Shown: in pieces, positions 9,386 to 19,904 of the stretch | Numbering within the stretch: position 1 is the stretch's first letter | Layout of the letters: each line of letters opens with the position of its first letter | Made by a program: the position numbers and the translations under genes | Notes under the pieces: model-generated | Databases searched by the model: none | What the model saw: only the letters and a program-made list of their open reading frames with translations | What the model was told of the DNA's origin: nothing | NCBI GenBank assembly: GCA_963727645.1 | Contig: CAVSHA010000002.1 | Coordinates: 75,507 to 139,506, forward strand | Length of the DNA: 64,000 nucleotides | Reading direction: 5' to 3' | Source of the DNA: an uncultured Acidimicrobiaceae bacterium | GTDB taxonomy: Bacteria > Actinomycetota > Acidimicrobiia > Acidimicrobiales > Bog-793

Positions 9386-10524
9386 GACACCACCCCTGTC
9401 GTGGTGACTGCACCGACGAGGGTCGAGGCAGCGGAGCGGCGGCGTAGGCCGATCCGATAGCGGGCGAGGATCTCACCGCCGAGGACGGTGAAGAGGATGA
9501 TCCCCTCCATGGTGCCGACGAGGCCGGTCGGGAACGAGGGCCCCTCCAGGGCGAAGCCGGCGTTCGTGAGGCCACCGATGAGCAGGGAAACAATCACGAC
9601 GGCGAGGGGGTTGTAAAGAGCGAGCGCCGCGACCACGATTCCCGTGTAACCGTACTGAGCCTGTTGGAGCCCGCGGGGGTCGAGCACATGACCGAAGTCC
9701 CCGATCTGGCTCGAGCCGGCGATGCCGGCGATACCACCCGAGATCGCCATCACGGAGAGGATCTTCCGCTTGGTGCGGATACCCGAGTAGTTGGCCGCCT
9801 GGGGAGAGTCGCCCACAACCCGCATCTCGAAGCCGTAGCGGGTGGAGCGGATGAGGAAGAGCAAGCTGACGGCCAGGCCGATGCCGAGCACGAAACCCAT
9901 GGGCAGCACGAACGACCCAATCGTGATCCCTGGCCAGGAGGCATTTGGCCCCAGCGTCTTGCCGGTCGGGAACACTGAGGCTCCGGGCGTCGTCAGGTCC
10001 CGCCAATATGAGGCGCTGTCGTAGATCAGGTAGTACATGAAGAACCCGGCTACGTAGTTGAGCATGAGCGACGTGAGGATCTCGTTCGTGCGCAGGTAGG
10101 CACGCAACAGAGCCGGAATCGTCGCCCAAACCATTCCCGCGAGAGCGCCGCCGATGACCATGGCGATTATGAGCAGCGGGCGTGGCCAGTCGCCGAGCAC
10201 GAGCCCGGTAGCCGAAGCCCCGACGGCGCCCATGTAGAGCTGGCCCTCACCACCGATGTTGTAAGTCCTCATCCGGAAGGCGAAGGCAGCGCAGAGACCT
10301 GTGAACAGCATCGGCGTGGCGTAGACGAACGTGGATGAGAGGGCACCGTCGGCGGTGACCGCGGCTGAGTACATCTGGTGATAGGTCGATATCGGATTGT
10401 GGCCCGTCGCCAGCAACAAGATGCCGGTGATGATCGCGGCTAGGACCAAGGACGCGAGCGGAACCGCCACTTTGAGCCACCCGGGCGTATCCAGGCGACG
10501 TTCGATACGAAGCCGCCCAGTCAT
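9382..10524 (-). CDS. Nucleoside/sugar ABC transporter permease
   Basis: NIGGEGQLYMG, NEILTSLMLNY, GYTGIVVA. ATGA overlaps with both neighbours. Confidence 0.92.
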   Translation of the reverse strand: MTGRLRIERRLDTPGWLKVAVPLASLVLAAIITGILLLATGHNPISTYHQMYSAAVTADGALSSTFVYATPMLFTGLCAAFAFRMRTYNIGGEGQLYMGAVGASATGLVLGDWPRPLLIIAMVIGGALAGMVWATIPALLRAYLRTNEILTSLMLNYVAGFFMYYLIYDSASYWRDLTTPGASVFPTGKTLGPNASWPGITIGSFVLPMGFVLGIGLAVSLLFLIRSTRYGFEMRVVGDSPQAANYSGIRTKRKILSVMAISGGIAGIAGSSQIGDFGHVLDPRGLQQAQYGYTGIVVAALALYNPLAVVIVSLLIGGLTNAGFALEGPSFPTGLVGTMEGIILFTVLGGEILARYRIGLRRRSAASTLVGAVTTTGVVS

Positions 10525-12128
10525 GCCGCACCCGCCATCATGAGCCCTATGAGCTGCCGATTGGCCTCAGCCGCCGAGACGATGCCGACGACACGGCCGT
10601 TGTAGAAGACGGCGATGCGGTCCGAGAGCTCGAAGATCTCGTCCAGGTCCTCGCTCACCATGAGGACGGCGACACCACCCTTGGCTGTCTCGACGAGAAC
10701 CCGCCGTACATACTGAGTGGCCCCGACGTCAAGACCGCGAGTGGGCGAGGCCGCCACGAGCACGCGTGGCTCCGAGGACAGCTCGCGAGCGAGGAGAACC
10801 TTTTGGATGTTGCCGCCAGAGAGCTGCCTGATGAGCGTGCGGGGCCCCGGGGCGCGGATATCGAAACGCGCCATCATCTCCTTCGCGTTCGCGATCTCCT
10901 TGCGGGTCGACAACACGGGACCACGACCCATCTCCTTGCCACGGTAGGACTTCAATATCAGGTTCTCTGCGATCGAGAGGTTGGGCGAGATGCCGGTTCC
11001 CATCCTGTCCTCAGGCACGTAGGCGATTCCGAGGTCGATGGCCGCCCTGGGGTCGCTCGAGTGCAGCGGCATCCCGCCGACGGTGATCTTGCCTGCCGTC
11101 GTCGGTCGCAGCCCCGTGATGACCTCTGCCAGTTCGCGTTGGCCGTTGCCCGAGACTCCGGCGATGCCAAGGATCTCCCCCGCGTGAACCTCCAAGGTGA
11201 CGTCCTTCAGTGCCTCGGCACCGAGGTCACCGCGCGCGGACACGCCCGCCAGCTCCAAGATGGCAGGGCCCGGCTCCCTAGCCAGCCTGGCCATCGCCTC
11301 CAAAGACACGTCCCGCCCGACCATCAAGCCGGCAAGCTGGTCGGCATCGGTCCCGGCAGTCGGGACGGTCGTGATGGAATGGCCCTGGCGTAAGATTGTG
11401 ACGCGGTCGGCGACCGCGAGCACCTCGGGCAGCTTGTGGGAGATGAAGATCACCGTCTGCCCGGCGCCGGCCATGTCGCGCACGCTCGAGAAGAGCTGGT
11501 CGGCCTCCTGCGGCGTCAGTACGGTGGTCGGCTCGTCGAGGATGAGGATCCTGGCGCCCCGGTAGAGGGCTTTCAAGATCTCGACCCGCTGGCGCTCCCC
11601 GAGCGAGAGCTGCCAGATCCTCGCCTTTGGATCGACGGGCATCTGGAAACGGTCGGCTGCCTCGGCGACCGTCTTTTCGACTGTCCGAGGCGAAAAGCGC
11701 AGCCGCGACTTGGACCATCCGAGCGCCACGTTCTCGGCGACGGTCATGCTCTCCACGAGGCGCAGGTGCTGGTGGACCATGAAGATGCCGGCGTTCTGGG
11801 CGTCCCTCGGGGAGTGGAACCTGACGGGCTTGCCGTTGACGAAGAGCTTGCCTTCATCGGGCCGGTAGAGGCCCATCAGGAGATTGCACAGCGTGGTCTT
11901 GCCGGCCCCGTTCTCGCCGAGCAGGGCGTGCACCTCCCCTGCGGCCGCCTCGAACGACACATGGTCGTTGGCGACGACGCCGGGAAAGCGCTTCGTCATC
12001 TCGACGGCCTGCACTGCCAGTGTTCCCGGCGCACCGCCGGGAACACTGGCGAAGGGGCTTGACGCCGAAGCTGAGCCTGCGACCGCAGCCGGCTGCTCCG
12101 CTCCAGCGTCGAGCACGGAGTCGGTCAT
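10521..12128 (-). CDS. ABC transporter ATP-binding protein with two nucleotide-binding domains
   Basis: GENGAGKT, LSLGERQ, ILDEPT, LSGGNIQK, PTRGLD. True start is probably the ATG at 12128; the 905-aa ORF is a frameshift fusion. Confidence 0.9.
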   Translation of the reverse strand: MTDSVLDAGAEQPAAVAGSASASSPFASVPGGAPGTLAVQAVEMTKRFPGVVANDHVSFEAAAGEVHALLGENGAGKTTLCNLLMGLYRPDEGKLFVNGKPVRFHSPRDAQNAGIFMVHQHLRLVESMTVAENVALGWSKSRLRFSPRTVEKTVAEAADRFQMPVDPKARIWQLSLGERQRVEILKALYRGARILILDEPTTVLTPQEADQLFSSVRDMAGAGQTVIFISHKLPEVLAVADRVTILRQGHSITTVPTAGTDADQLAGLMVGRDVSLEAMARLAREPGPAILELAGVSARGDLGAEALKDVTLEVHAGEILGIAGVSGNGQRELAEVITGLRPTTAGKITVGGMPLHSSDPRAAIDLGIAYVPEDRMGTGISPNLSIAENLILKSYRGKEMGRGPVLSTRKEIANAKEMMARFDIRAPGPRTLIRQLSGGNIQKVLLARELSSEPRVLVAASPTRGLDVGATQYVRRVLVETAKGGVAVLMVSEDLDEIFELSDRIAVFYNGRVVGIVSAAEANRQLIGLMMAGAA

Positions 12129-12136
12129 GGAGTCCG

Positions 12137-13305
12137 TCAACCCTTCGGGTTGCCGATGACGCCCTTTACGAACCAGCTGATCGAGTACTTCTGCATCACG
12201 GTGAGGGTGACGCCCTTCGCTACGACAACCTTGCCGTTCTGGCCGTAGATCGGCCCGGTGAACGGGTCGAAGGTGCCGTTGATGAGGGCGTGCTCCTTGG
12301 CGAGGATGGCTGTGCCGCGTCGCCTGGGTGACCGACTTGCCGAACGGTGCCATGACGACGAAGTTGTCGGCGAGGCTGCCGTACCAGAAGTGGCTCTTCC
12401 AGGTCCCGCCCATCGCTGCCTTGACTTCCTGGATGTAGTACGGGCCCCAGTTGTACGTAGTGGCGGTCAGCCAGGCGTTCGGGGCGAAGCTCTCCTGGTT
12501 GGAGTCGTAACCGGTCCACTTGAGGCCGTGGGCCTCAGCGACCTGGCCGGTGGTCGGGCTGTCCTGGCCGTCGCCCAGCACGGAGACACCGGCAGAGACG
12601 AGGCTCTCAGCGGCCGTCCGCTCGGTTGCCGGGGCGAACCAGGTGTTCGTCCAGACGATCTTGACCGTCGCCTGCGGGTCCGTCGCCTGCGCACCCATCG
12701 TGAAGGCGTCGACTTCCCGGACGCACTCAGGGATCGGATAAGGGACTACGAAACCGATCTTGTTGTTGCCGGAAGCCTTCGCCGCGGCGCCGGCCGCCAT
12801 TCCGGACAGGTAGTCGCCATCCTCGCCCGCGCCGTAGTACTCGGAGAGGGTCTTGGTAACCGTCGTGCCAGTGGCCTGCTCGAAGAGCACCTTCGGGTAC
12901 TTGGCAGCGGCTGCGACCAGCTCTGGTTGGTAGCCGTAGGAGGTGGCGAAGATGATGTTCGCTCCGGCGTCAACAAGCTGGGTGATCACCTGGGCGCACT
13001 GGGGTCCCTCCGGCACGTCCTCTTTGTACATGGTCACTACGCGCCCACCGAAGTACTTCTGCACTTCCAGGCGCCCGACGTCGTGGGCGTGCGTCCAGCC
13101 GGCGTCGCTCGGTGCTCCGACGTAGATGAACCCGGCCTTGAACGGGTGCTTCGTCGTCCACTGGCTACCCGGGCCGCCGAGCGCCGTCACCGGCTTGGCC
13201 GCCGTCTTCGTGCTCGCGCCCGAGGCGGAAAGGTTCACGACAGCTCAGCGCGCCGATCATCGTGAAGGCAGCCAAGACCACCACCGCATGCTTCATCCTG
13301 CTCAT
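12137..13305 (-). CDS. BMP-family (purine nucleoside) ABC substrate-binding protein with two apparent +1 frameshifts (~13243, ~12318)
   Basis: AGFIYVG..DAGWTHAH, IFATSYGY, WTNTWF, NWGPYY. The signal peptide MSRMKHAVVVLAAF and the C-terminus FDPFTGPIYGQNG..WFVKGVIG* lie in other frames. Confidence 0.85.
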
Positions 13306-13600
13306 GACCTGTGTCTCCTCTCGAGATGACCGGTCGGATGTCCGCCGTTCAGCTCATTGGTTCGCCGACCGGTTGACGCCCGGTCATCGGCTTATAAGCA
13401 AGAATGCAAACTTTACGAATGGGTGTACAGAGTCCTTCGACCCTAACGGCCCCAGACGTTCTTCACCAAGTCCGGCCGACGACGCCGAAGCCCCCACATA
13501 GGCCCTGCGCCCGGGATCATCCCGGTCACGCCCGCTTCAGATCGCAACGTTGGTGATGTGAGATGAACAACTTCCACACTGCCGAGGAGAACGAGAGGCT

Positions 13601-14530
13601 ATGGACGATATGACACCAGCGGAGAACGCGGGTGTTGTGACCGGTGGCGGTAGTGGTGGGCTCTCGCCCTCGATTCCGTCCCGAGCACTGAAAGCTACCA
13701 GGCGGGCAAGCTTGAGCAGCGCAGTATCGAGCTGATCCCCGAATCGGACCGGGCGATTCGCCCTTCGAACCTGTTCTCGATGTGGGCAGGCGCGCCGTGG
13801 AACGTCGAGTTCCTCGTCTACGGAGCCCTCATGGTCTCGTCCGGACTCTTCTTCTGGCAAGCCGTTTGGGCGACCCTCGTCGGCAACATCTTCTCCGCGG
13901 TCTTCGGGATCGCGAGCCTCCCCGGACCCGAGACGGACACCACGGCGTTCATGGTCAGGCGGGCCCCGTTCCGTCGCAACGGCAACCGCGCCCCTTCCCT
14001 GTTCAACTGGATCACCCAGGTGGGCTTCGCGATCGAGGGCACCGCCATCATCGTGGTCACGCTGCAAGCGATCGGGATCCCGCTCAAACGGTGGGGCTGC
14101 GTTCTCATCGACACCGTCATCTCCGGTGGGGTGACGGCGCTCGTGATCTTCAAGGGCAACTTCTACAGGGATCTGTCGGGCTTCCTGGACTACATCGTGG
14201 TATGGCTGGGACCCTGGTTCGGGATCCTCCTGGTCGACTACCTGATCAGTCGTGGTCGCTATGACGTCCTTTCGTTGGCCGAGAAGCGAGGGGCTTTCTA
14301 CTGGCGCAAAGTGGCTCTAACTGGAAGGCGCTCGTGGCCATGGCGGCCGGCATGTTCGCGGCAATGATGTGGCTCGGCGCAGCGTTCCACGTGCCGGCAT
14401 ACACAGGGCCCCTCTCGAACGGCACGCCCGGCGGAGACTCCAGCCGGATCTTCGGGATGATCATCGCCGGTGTTGTGTGCTCGATCCTGTCGATGTCAAG
14501 CGTCCGCAAGGAGGCAAGAGGCCTCTTCCG
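13601..14530 (+). pseudogene. Degraded purine-cytosine permease (NCS1 family)
   Basis: EQRSIELIPESDR..SNLFSMW and FLDYIVVWLGPWFGILLVDY motifs spread over several frames; far shorter than a full permease. End approximate. Confidence 0.7.
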
Positions 14531-14904
14531 CGAAGCTGGAAATACCCGTTTCGTAACGACACTACTTATGGGTGCAGTCCCCGGAAGCGGCAGGCTCAGC
14601 CCTCCTCCGAGGGATGCTGCCCGGCATTGTACGTGTCGTTCCTGTAGGCGGAGGTTGAGGGTGCCAAGCCCGAGGGAGCGAGCACCGTTCAGCTTCGGAA
14701 GCGACCGATCTGCGAGAGCCTGCACGGGAGCAGAGGGGCTGACAGTCTGCCTGCTCGTGCAGCGACCCCCAGGCCAGGGAGAGTGCCGGGGGTCGCGCAC
14801 ATGCGGCTAGCTCGCATTCATGTATCGGCCGATCTTGGCGAGGTCTTGAGCGTCACCCCGAGGTCGACAGCTGCGCAGGTGAACCCGGCACCGGGCCGGC
14901 TGCC

Positions 14905-16722
14905 CTAGGAGTTCGGCGGACAGCTCCCCGTCGCCTTCCGGGCGGGAAGGTCGTACCACGCCACGCCGGCCTCGAAGCCCACCGAGGGCGGCCCCAAGAG
15001 CCCGGTCAGCAACGCGATCGCGCCAGTGCGGATCGCTCCTGCGCTCGTGCGAAGAACCAGCGCGTCAACTTTGTACTCGCGGACGACAGCCTCGAGGGAG
15101 TGACAGGCGCTCTCCAACGGCACGCCCGAAGCGCCCCGGGACGCGACAAGGAGAGACGACAGCCTGCTCAGGTCGGGTCCTTGAGCGACGTAGTAACCGC
15201 CTCGGCCCGCGCGGCCGGGGACAAGGGCATAGCCGCCGACGAGCCGGAAGCTCATCTCATCTGTGGCTTGCCATTCCATGGGCTCGTCGTCGTGCGCCCG
15301 AGGGTACGGAAACGCCAGCACCACGCCGCCGTCCGGAACCGAACGCGCGAGCGACGCAGTGAGCTGCGGCACGGCCACACTCCGCTCTTTGACCACGGGT
15401 AACCGATCCAGGAGAGGTACAAAGGCCACGACCAGCAGGACGATCAGGACAAGAGTGCTAAGTCCCGGGTCCGATCGGATCCGGGACGCGAGACGTCGCA
15501 CCCGAGGCTCGCCGGAATGTCCCGAGATCGTCCCGGCGTTTCGAGAGTGCTCGAGAATCCAGTTCCTCGTGTGGTCGAGGCCGGCCGCCAGGACCAGCGC
15601 CAGAAAGAGCATCTCGATGCCTGTGATCCTGACCGGCTCGAGGTCGACGAGGATCGGGACGTGCTCGAAGAGCGCCTCGGGGAGCCAGATCGCAAAGCTG
15701 TGCCCGTCGACCGTGAGACGCGGACCGAGAGACAGCACGAACGCAGCGCACGCGCACGCGGCGGCGAACCTGACCAACGCGAGCTTCCGCCACCATACAG
15801 CCAGTGCCACCAGGCCTATGAGCAGCGGAACGCCCAGGTAGCCGGACGAGTTGAGCAGCTGTGGCGATGCTCGCAGGACCGGCCGGAGAACATCGACGTG
15901 GAAGGCGGCGATCACCCCGGCCGGCTGGATGCCGTGAGGGATGCGCCGGGGACCTGTGAGGAAGTACGCGATCGGATAGCCGGCAATCGCCGCGAAACAG
16001 GCAAGTGCCGCGAGCAGCCCGGGCGTTGCCAGGCGGACACGGGCGACGACTTCGCGGCGATGCGTGATCGCGAGAAGGGCCAGGCCGAGGGCCGCCATGA
16101 TGGCGCAGTACGCCAGTATCTCCGGGTCGATGAGGAGCTGCGCGGCGCTCGACACCCCGAGCAGGACGCCAACCTTGATCGCCGACCTTCTCCGGGTCAC
16201 GACCAGCTCGTCGAGGCACCAGAGCAGCAGCGGAGGGATTGCCATGAACGCAAGGTCGAGGTGGACGGAAGCCTCGAACGTCATGTACGACCCGAACCCG
16301 TACAGCAACCCTGCCGCGAACGCGGCGGGCCACCACCTCACCCACCGACGCGAGACAAGGAACATCGAGGTGGCGGAGCTCGCGAGCGCGATGCGCATAA
16401 GGAGGTTGAACGATGCGATAGGGCCCAGCGCGAGCGTGACCGGTGCCGCCAGGAGACCGAGCAGCGGAACGGACGTGTTCGAGGCGAGGTTCACGCCGAG
16501 CGGGTAATCGATGTAGTTGGTGAAGAAGGGGTTCAGGCCGTGCCCGAGCGCGAACGGCGTCCACGCCAGGAACCACGACATCTGCGCCGGGTCTCCAGCG
16601 CCCGCCCCAAGCAGGTGTGGCAGCTTGCTCGCGTCAAAGGGCATGACCGGCCAGTACGCCAAGACGGCGATGACCACATAGGTGCCGATCGCAAGCGCGA
16701 GCAGGACGACTGGTCTCCGCAT
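14905..16722 (-). CDS. Polytopic membrane protein, GT-C glycosyltransferase-like (YfhO/AftD-related)
   Basis: GDPAQMSWFLAW..NPFFT..YPLGVNL, AGLLYGFGSY, GYLGVPLL, LSLGP, MEWQA. Start uncertain (up to 16815). Confidence 0.7.
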   Translation of the reverse strand: MRRPVVLLALAIGTYVVIAVLAYWPVMPFDASKLPHLLGAGAGDPAQMSWFLAWTPFALGHGLNPFFTNYIDYPLGVNLASNTSVPLLGLLAAPVTLALGPIASFNLLMRIALASSATSMFLVSRRWVRWWPAAFAAGLLYGFGSYMTFEASVHLDLAFMAIPPLLLWCLDELVVTRRRSAIKVGVLLGVSSAAQLLIDPEILAYCAIMAALGLALLAITHRREVVARVRLATPGLLAALACFAAIAGYPIAYFLTGPRRIPHGIQPAGVIAAFHVDVLRPVLRASPQLLNSSGYLGVPLLIGLVALAVWWRKLALVRFAAACACAAFVLSLGPRLTVDGHSFAIWLPEALFEHVPILVDLEPVRITGIEMLFLALVLAAGLDHTRNWILEHSRNAGTISGHSGEPRVRRLASRIRSDPGLSTLVLIVLLVVAFVPLLDRLPVVKERSVAVPQLTASLARSVPDGGVVLAFPYPRAHDDEPMEWQATDEMSFRLVGGYALVPGRAGRGGYYVAQGPDLSRLSSLLVASRGASGVPLESACHSLEAVVREYKVDALVLRTSAGAIRTGAIALLTGLLGPPSVGFEAGVAWYDLPARKATGSCPPNS

Positions 16723-16949
16723 CGCCTGCATATCGCCCGAAGGCCGCATTGGCACGTCGTTCCCTCTGAGCCGAGCCTTCTGCTTCGCCGTCATCCGCGC
16801 GCCCGCGCGTTGCACCGATGCGCTGGTGCAGAAGGATAACGGTTCGGGCGACCTCGCCGGAGGAAGCCCGCCCTCTCACCTGGGGCCGGTGACGCTCTTC
16901 GACAATTGGCCTCAGCACCGGTGGCCGCGTCTATGGTTCAGCGGAACCC

Positions 16950-19874
16950 ATGGCGCACTCCCCCTCAACGGTGACTCTCGGTTCGCGAGACCGGCCAGGA
17001 GTCGATGCTCCCCGAGCGATTCCCCGGCGCTGGTCACTTGTCGCGCGCGCCGACAAGTGGGCGGTCGCGCTCTACATCGCGATACCTGTGTTGATGGGTG
17101 TCCCACCCGCGCTTGTCGGGAGACCTCTCTTCCCCGGGAGTGGCACGGCCGACAACGTGACACAGAACTACCCACTACGAGTGCTGTCGGGAGAGCTGCT
17201 GCGGCACGGTCGGCTGCCGCTGTGGGACCCGTACATCTGGAGCGGGACGCCCCTACTCGCGGGATGGAACGCGGGATCCCTGTACCCGGGTACGTGGCTC
17301 TTCGCCATCATGCCCGCAGGCGCGGCGTGGACGATCAACGTCGCCTCGGTGTCGGCGATATGCGGCATCGGGATGCACGTCTTCCTGCGCCGGCTCGGCT
17401 GCTCACCGCTCGCGGCACTGCTGGGCGCGTTGACGTTCACCTACTCCGGGTTCATGTGGGGCCAAGCAGTGCACCTCGGCCTCGTCCAAGGCATGAGCTT
17501 CACTCCTTGGATGCTGCTCGCCGTCCACGAGCTGGCAAAGTCCCCCGAGCCGCGGACGGCCCGGCGCTGGGTTGCGCTGTTGGGCGGCTGCGGTGGGCTC
17601 GTGGTGCTCGCAGGCGATCCCCGCGCCGCCTCCAGCGTCGCCTTCATTGTCGCCACGTACTTCCTGGCTCTGTGCTGGCGAGCCTGGCGCACAGGCCGAC
17701 GCGTCACCGTCGCGGGGGTCGGCGTCGTAGTGGCGAGCGTCCTGGCCGTCGTCCTCTCCACGGCGCAGTGGCTGCCAGGCCTCAGCTTCCTGCACGAGTC
17801 CAATCGGGCGGCCGTCACCTTCATCCGCTTCGCGGCGGGATCGTTGTCGTGGCACGACCTGGAGCTACTTTTCGTGCCGTTCCTCGTCGGCGGCAACGGC
17901 ACCTTTGGCCTGCCCGGCTATCAGGGCTCCTACAACCTCCCCGAGCTGAGCTACGCGGTCGGCATCGTGCCACTTGTCGCGGCCTTTGCCCTTTTCAAGC
18001 GCGCTATGCGCCGGCGCGCCGGCGAGAGGCCCCTCGGGGTCTGGTACGCATTGACCCTCGAGGGCGTCCTCCTCTCCGCCGGCGCCAACACCCCCCTTGG
18101 CCACCTTCTGGTGGACATACCGCTCTACGGAGGCCAACGCCTGCAGAACCGCAATGCCGTGATAGTGGACCTCGCGCTCGCTGTGCTGCTCGCTGTGTTC
18201 GTCGACGTGCTGAGGCCCCGTGCCGTGGCGCGTGATGCGGTGCCGGATCCGACACCCGACACCGACCCGGGGCTCACCTTCTACGAACGCCTGGCCGGCC
18301 TGGTACCGGTTGGCATCGTGGCGCTCCTCGTCCTCGCCGCGTATGCGCTCGGTCGATCGATTCAGCGTGGCTTCGGCGTCTCCGGTTACCACGCCGGGCT
18401 TGCCGTGAGCCTGAGCCCGTACTTCGCAGCCGTGCTTGTCATCGCGGCGGGCGCCGCCATCCTGCTCTGCCTCGCCCCTCGTCTCAGCCCCATCGGTCGC
18501 CGGCGACTCGTGGCCGTCGTCATCATCGCAGACGTTCTGATGTGCGTTTTCAACGGGTCCTACACCTTCCCCGCCAAGGCCACCATCACGAAGAACAACG
18601 CTGCCGTCGTCACCCTCGCGAAGCTGCTCGGGCCCCAGGGCCGCTACGCGATCTTCAATCCCGCCCAGAGCTTGCCGTCCGGGCTCCGGGGGACAATCCT
18701 TGCACTCGGCCCGTTCAGCCTCGGGATCATTCACCAGGTCCAAAGCGTCCAGGGCTACTCGTCCGCGGTTTCCGGCAGCTACCAACTCGCCACCGGGGCC
18801 CATGACGTCGAGAACCTGCAGCCGGTTGCCCTCACCCGCTCGGATCTCGACATCTTGAACCTGAAGGAGCTGGTGACCCTCCCCGAGTACCTGGTGGCGG
18901 AGATCCCGGGCGACCAACCGATCCCAGTCGCACAGGGGGCTCCCGTGCCGCCCGGTGCCGGGCGCGTTGCGAGAGCACTGGATGCCATCGCGCCGGACAA
19001 GCCGCTGCCGCACCTTCCGCCTTCCCTGCTCCCTTCTGGGCGCTCATCGACTTGGATGCTTCCGGGCCCCGTCGCGCTCGACTCGGTCACCGTCGTGCTC
19101 GTGCCCTACAACGGCGAGTCCCCCCGTGCCGTCGCGGTCGGCATCCTCAACGCCCGCGATCAGGTAGTCGGCGACCGCCGCGTGACGGTCATGGACTCCG
19201 AAGCCCAAGTCGCGTTGAAAGGGCAGGTCGCATACGGAGTCCAGGTCGGAGCACCCAGCGGTACGCCCGTCGCCGTCGGTGCCGTCGCTGTGACCACGGT
19301 GCGCCCGACGGCGGTCAACTCTGGTCCGCTCACGCGTCGTCTCGTTCTCAACCAGGTCCTCCAGGGCGTGCTTGAACCCCCGAAGTGGCGGTACCAGACC
19401 GAGATCGGCGGGCTGCCGGTGTTCACCAACACGCTCACGCGGGGAGCTTCCTGGATCGAGGCGGCCGGGTCCACGACGCCGCTTGCGCCCCTGCTCCCGC
19501 TGGCACACGCGACGACCCCACCCGTCGAGGCGTGGCAGAACCAGAAGACGGTCGTCTCCACGCCCAGCCCGGCGGTGCTGGTCCGAAGCGAGGCGTACGA
19601 CAAGGGCTGGGTCGCGCGGATCACCCCGGTCGGTGGGGGCCCGACGGTGACCGTGCGGGTGAAGCCGCTCGGCGTACTCCAGGCGATCTCGCTCCCAGCC
19701 GGCAAGTTCACCGTGACCTGGGTTTACCGTTCCAAGCTCGCAAAGTTCGGGGTCATTGCCAGCGGGGTGGGCGTGCTAGCGCTGGTTCTCCTGGTGTTCA
19801 CGCCGAGGCGACGGCGCCGACCAAAGCCCGGCCGAAAGCCTTTCGGCTCTCCGGAATCTGGAACTGCGTCCTAG
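16950..19874 (+). CDS. YfhO-family GT-C membrane glycosyltransferase
   Basis: DNVTQNYP..GRLPLWDPYIWSGTPLLA, many TM helices, C-terminal VRSEAYDKGW..PAG..VTWVY. Confidence 0.8.
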   Translation: MAHSPSTVTLGSRDRPGVDAPRAIPRRWSLVARADKWAVALYIAIPVLMGVPPALVGRPLFPGSGTADNVTQNYPLRVLSGELLRHGRLPLWDPYIWSGTPLLAGWNAGSLYPGTWLFAIMPAGAAWTINVASVSAICGIGMHVFLRRLGCSPLAALLGALTFTYSGFMWGQAVHLGLVQGMSFTPWMLLAVHELAKSPEPRTARRWVALLGGCGGLVVLAGDPRAASSVAFIVATYFLALCWRAWRTGRRVTVAGVGVVVASVLAVVLSTAQWLPGLSFLHESNRAAVTFIRFAAGSLSWHDLELLFVPFLVGGNGTFGLPGYQGSYNLPELSYAVGIVPLVAAFALFKRAMRRRAGERPLGVWYALTLEGVLLSAGANTPLGHLLVDIPLYGGQRLQNRNAVIVDLALAVLLAVFVDVLRPRAVARDAVPDPTPDTDPGLTFYERLAGLVPVGIVALLVLAAYALGRSIQRGFGVSGYHAGLAVSLSPYFAAVLVIAAGAAILLCLAPRLSPIGRRRLVAVVIIADVLMCVFNGSYTFPAKATITKNNAAVVTLAKLLGPQGRYAIFNPAQSLPSGLRGTILALGPFSLGIIHQVQSVQGYSSAVSGSYQLATGAHDVENLQPVALTRSDLDILNLKELVTLPEYLVAEIPGDQPIPVAQGAPVPPGAGRVARALDAIAPDKPLPHLPPSLLPSGRSSTWMLPGPVALDSVTVVLVPYNGESPRAVAVGILNARDQVVGDRRVTVMDSEAQVALKGQVAYGVQVGAPSGTPVAVGAVAVTTVRPTAVNSGPLTRRLVLNQVLQGVLEPPKWRYQTEIGGLPVFTNTLTRGASWIEAAGSTTPLAPLLPLAHATTPPVEAWQNQKTVVSTPSPAVLVRSEAYDKGWVARITPVGGGPTVTVRVKPLGVLQAISLPAGKFTVTWVYRSKLAKFGVIASGVGVLALVLLVFTPRRRRRPKPGRKPFGSPESGTAS

Positions 19875-19904
19875 CCGGAGCCCGACTGCCGTTCGACGGA
19901 GTGC

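Noticed and set aside
10521-13238. 905-aa BMP + ABC ATPase fusion
   Set aside because: The normal BMP C-terminus and stop (12137) exist in another frame; the fusion results from one extra base near 12318.
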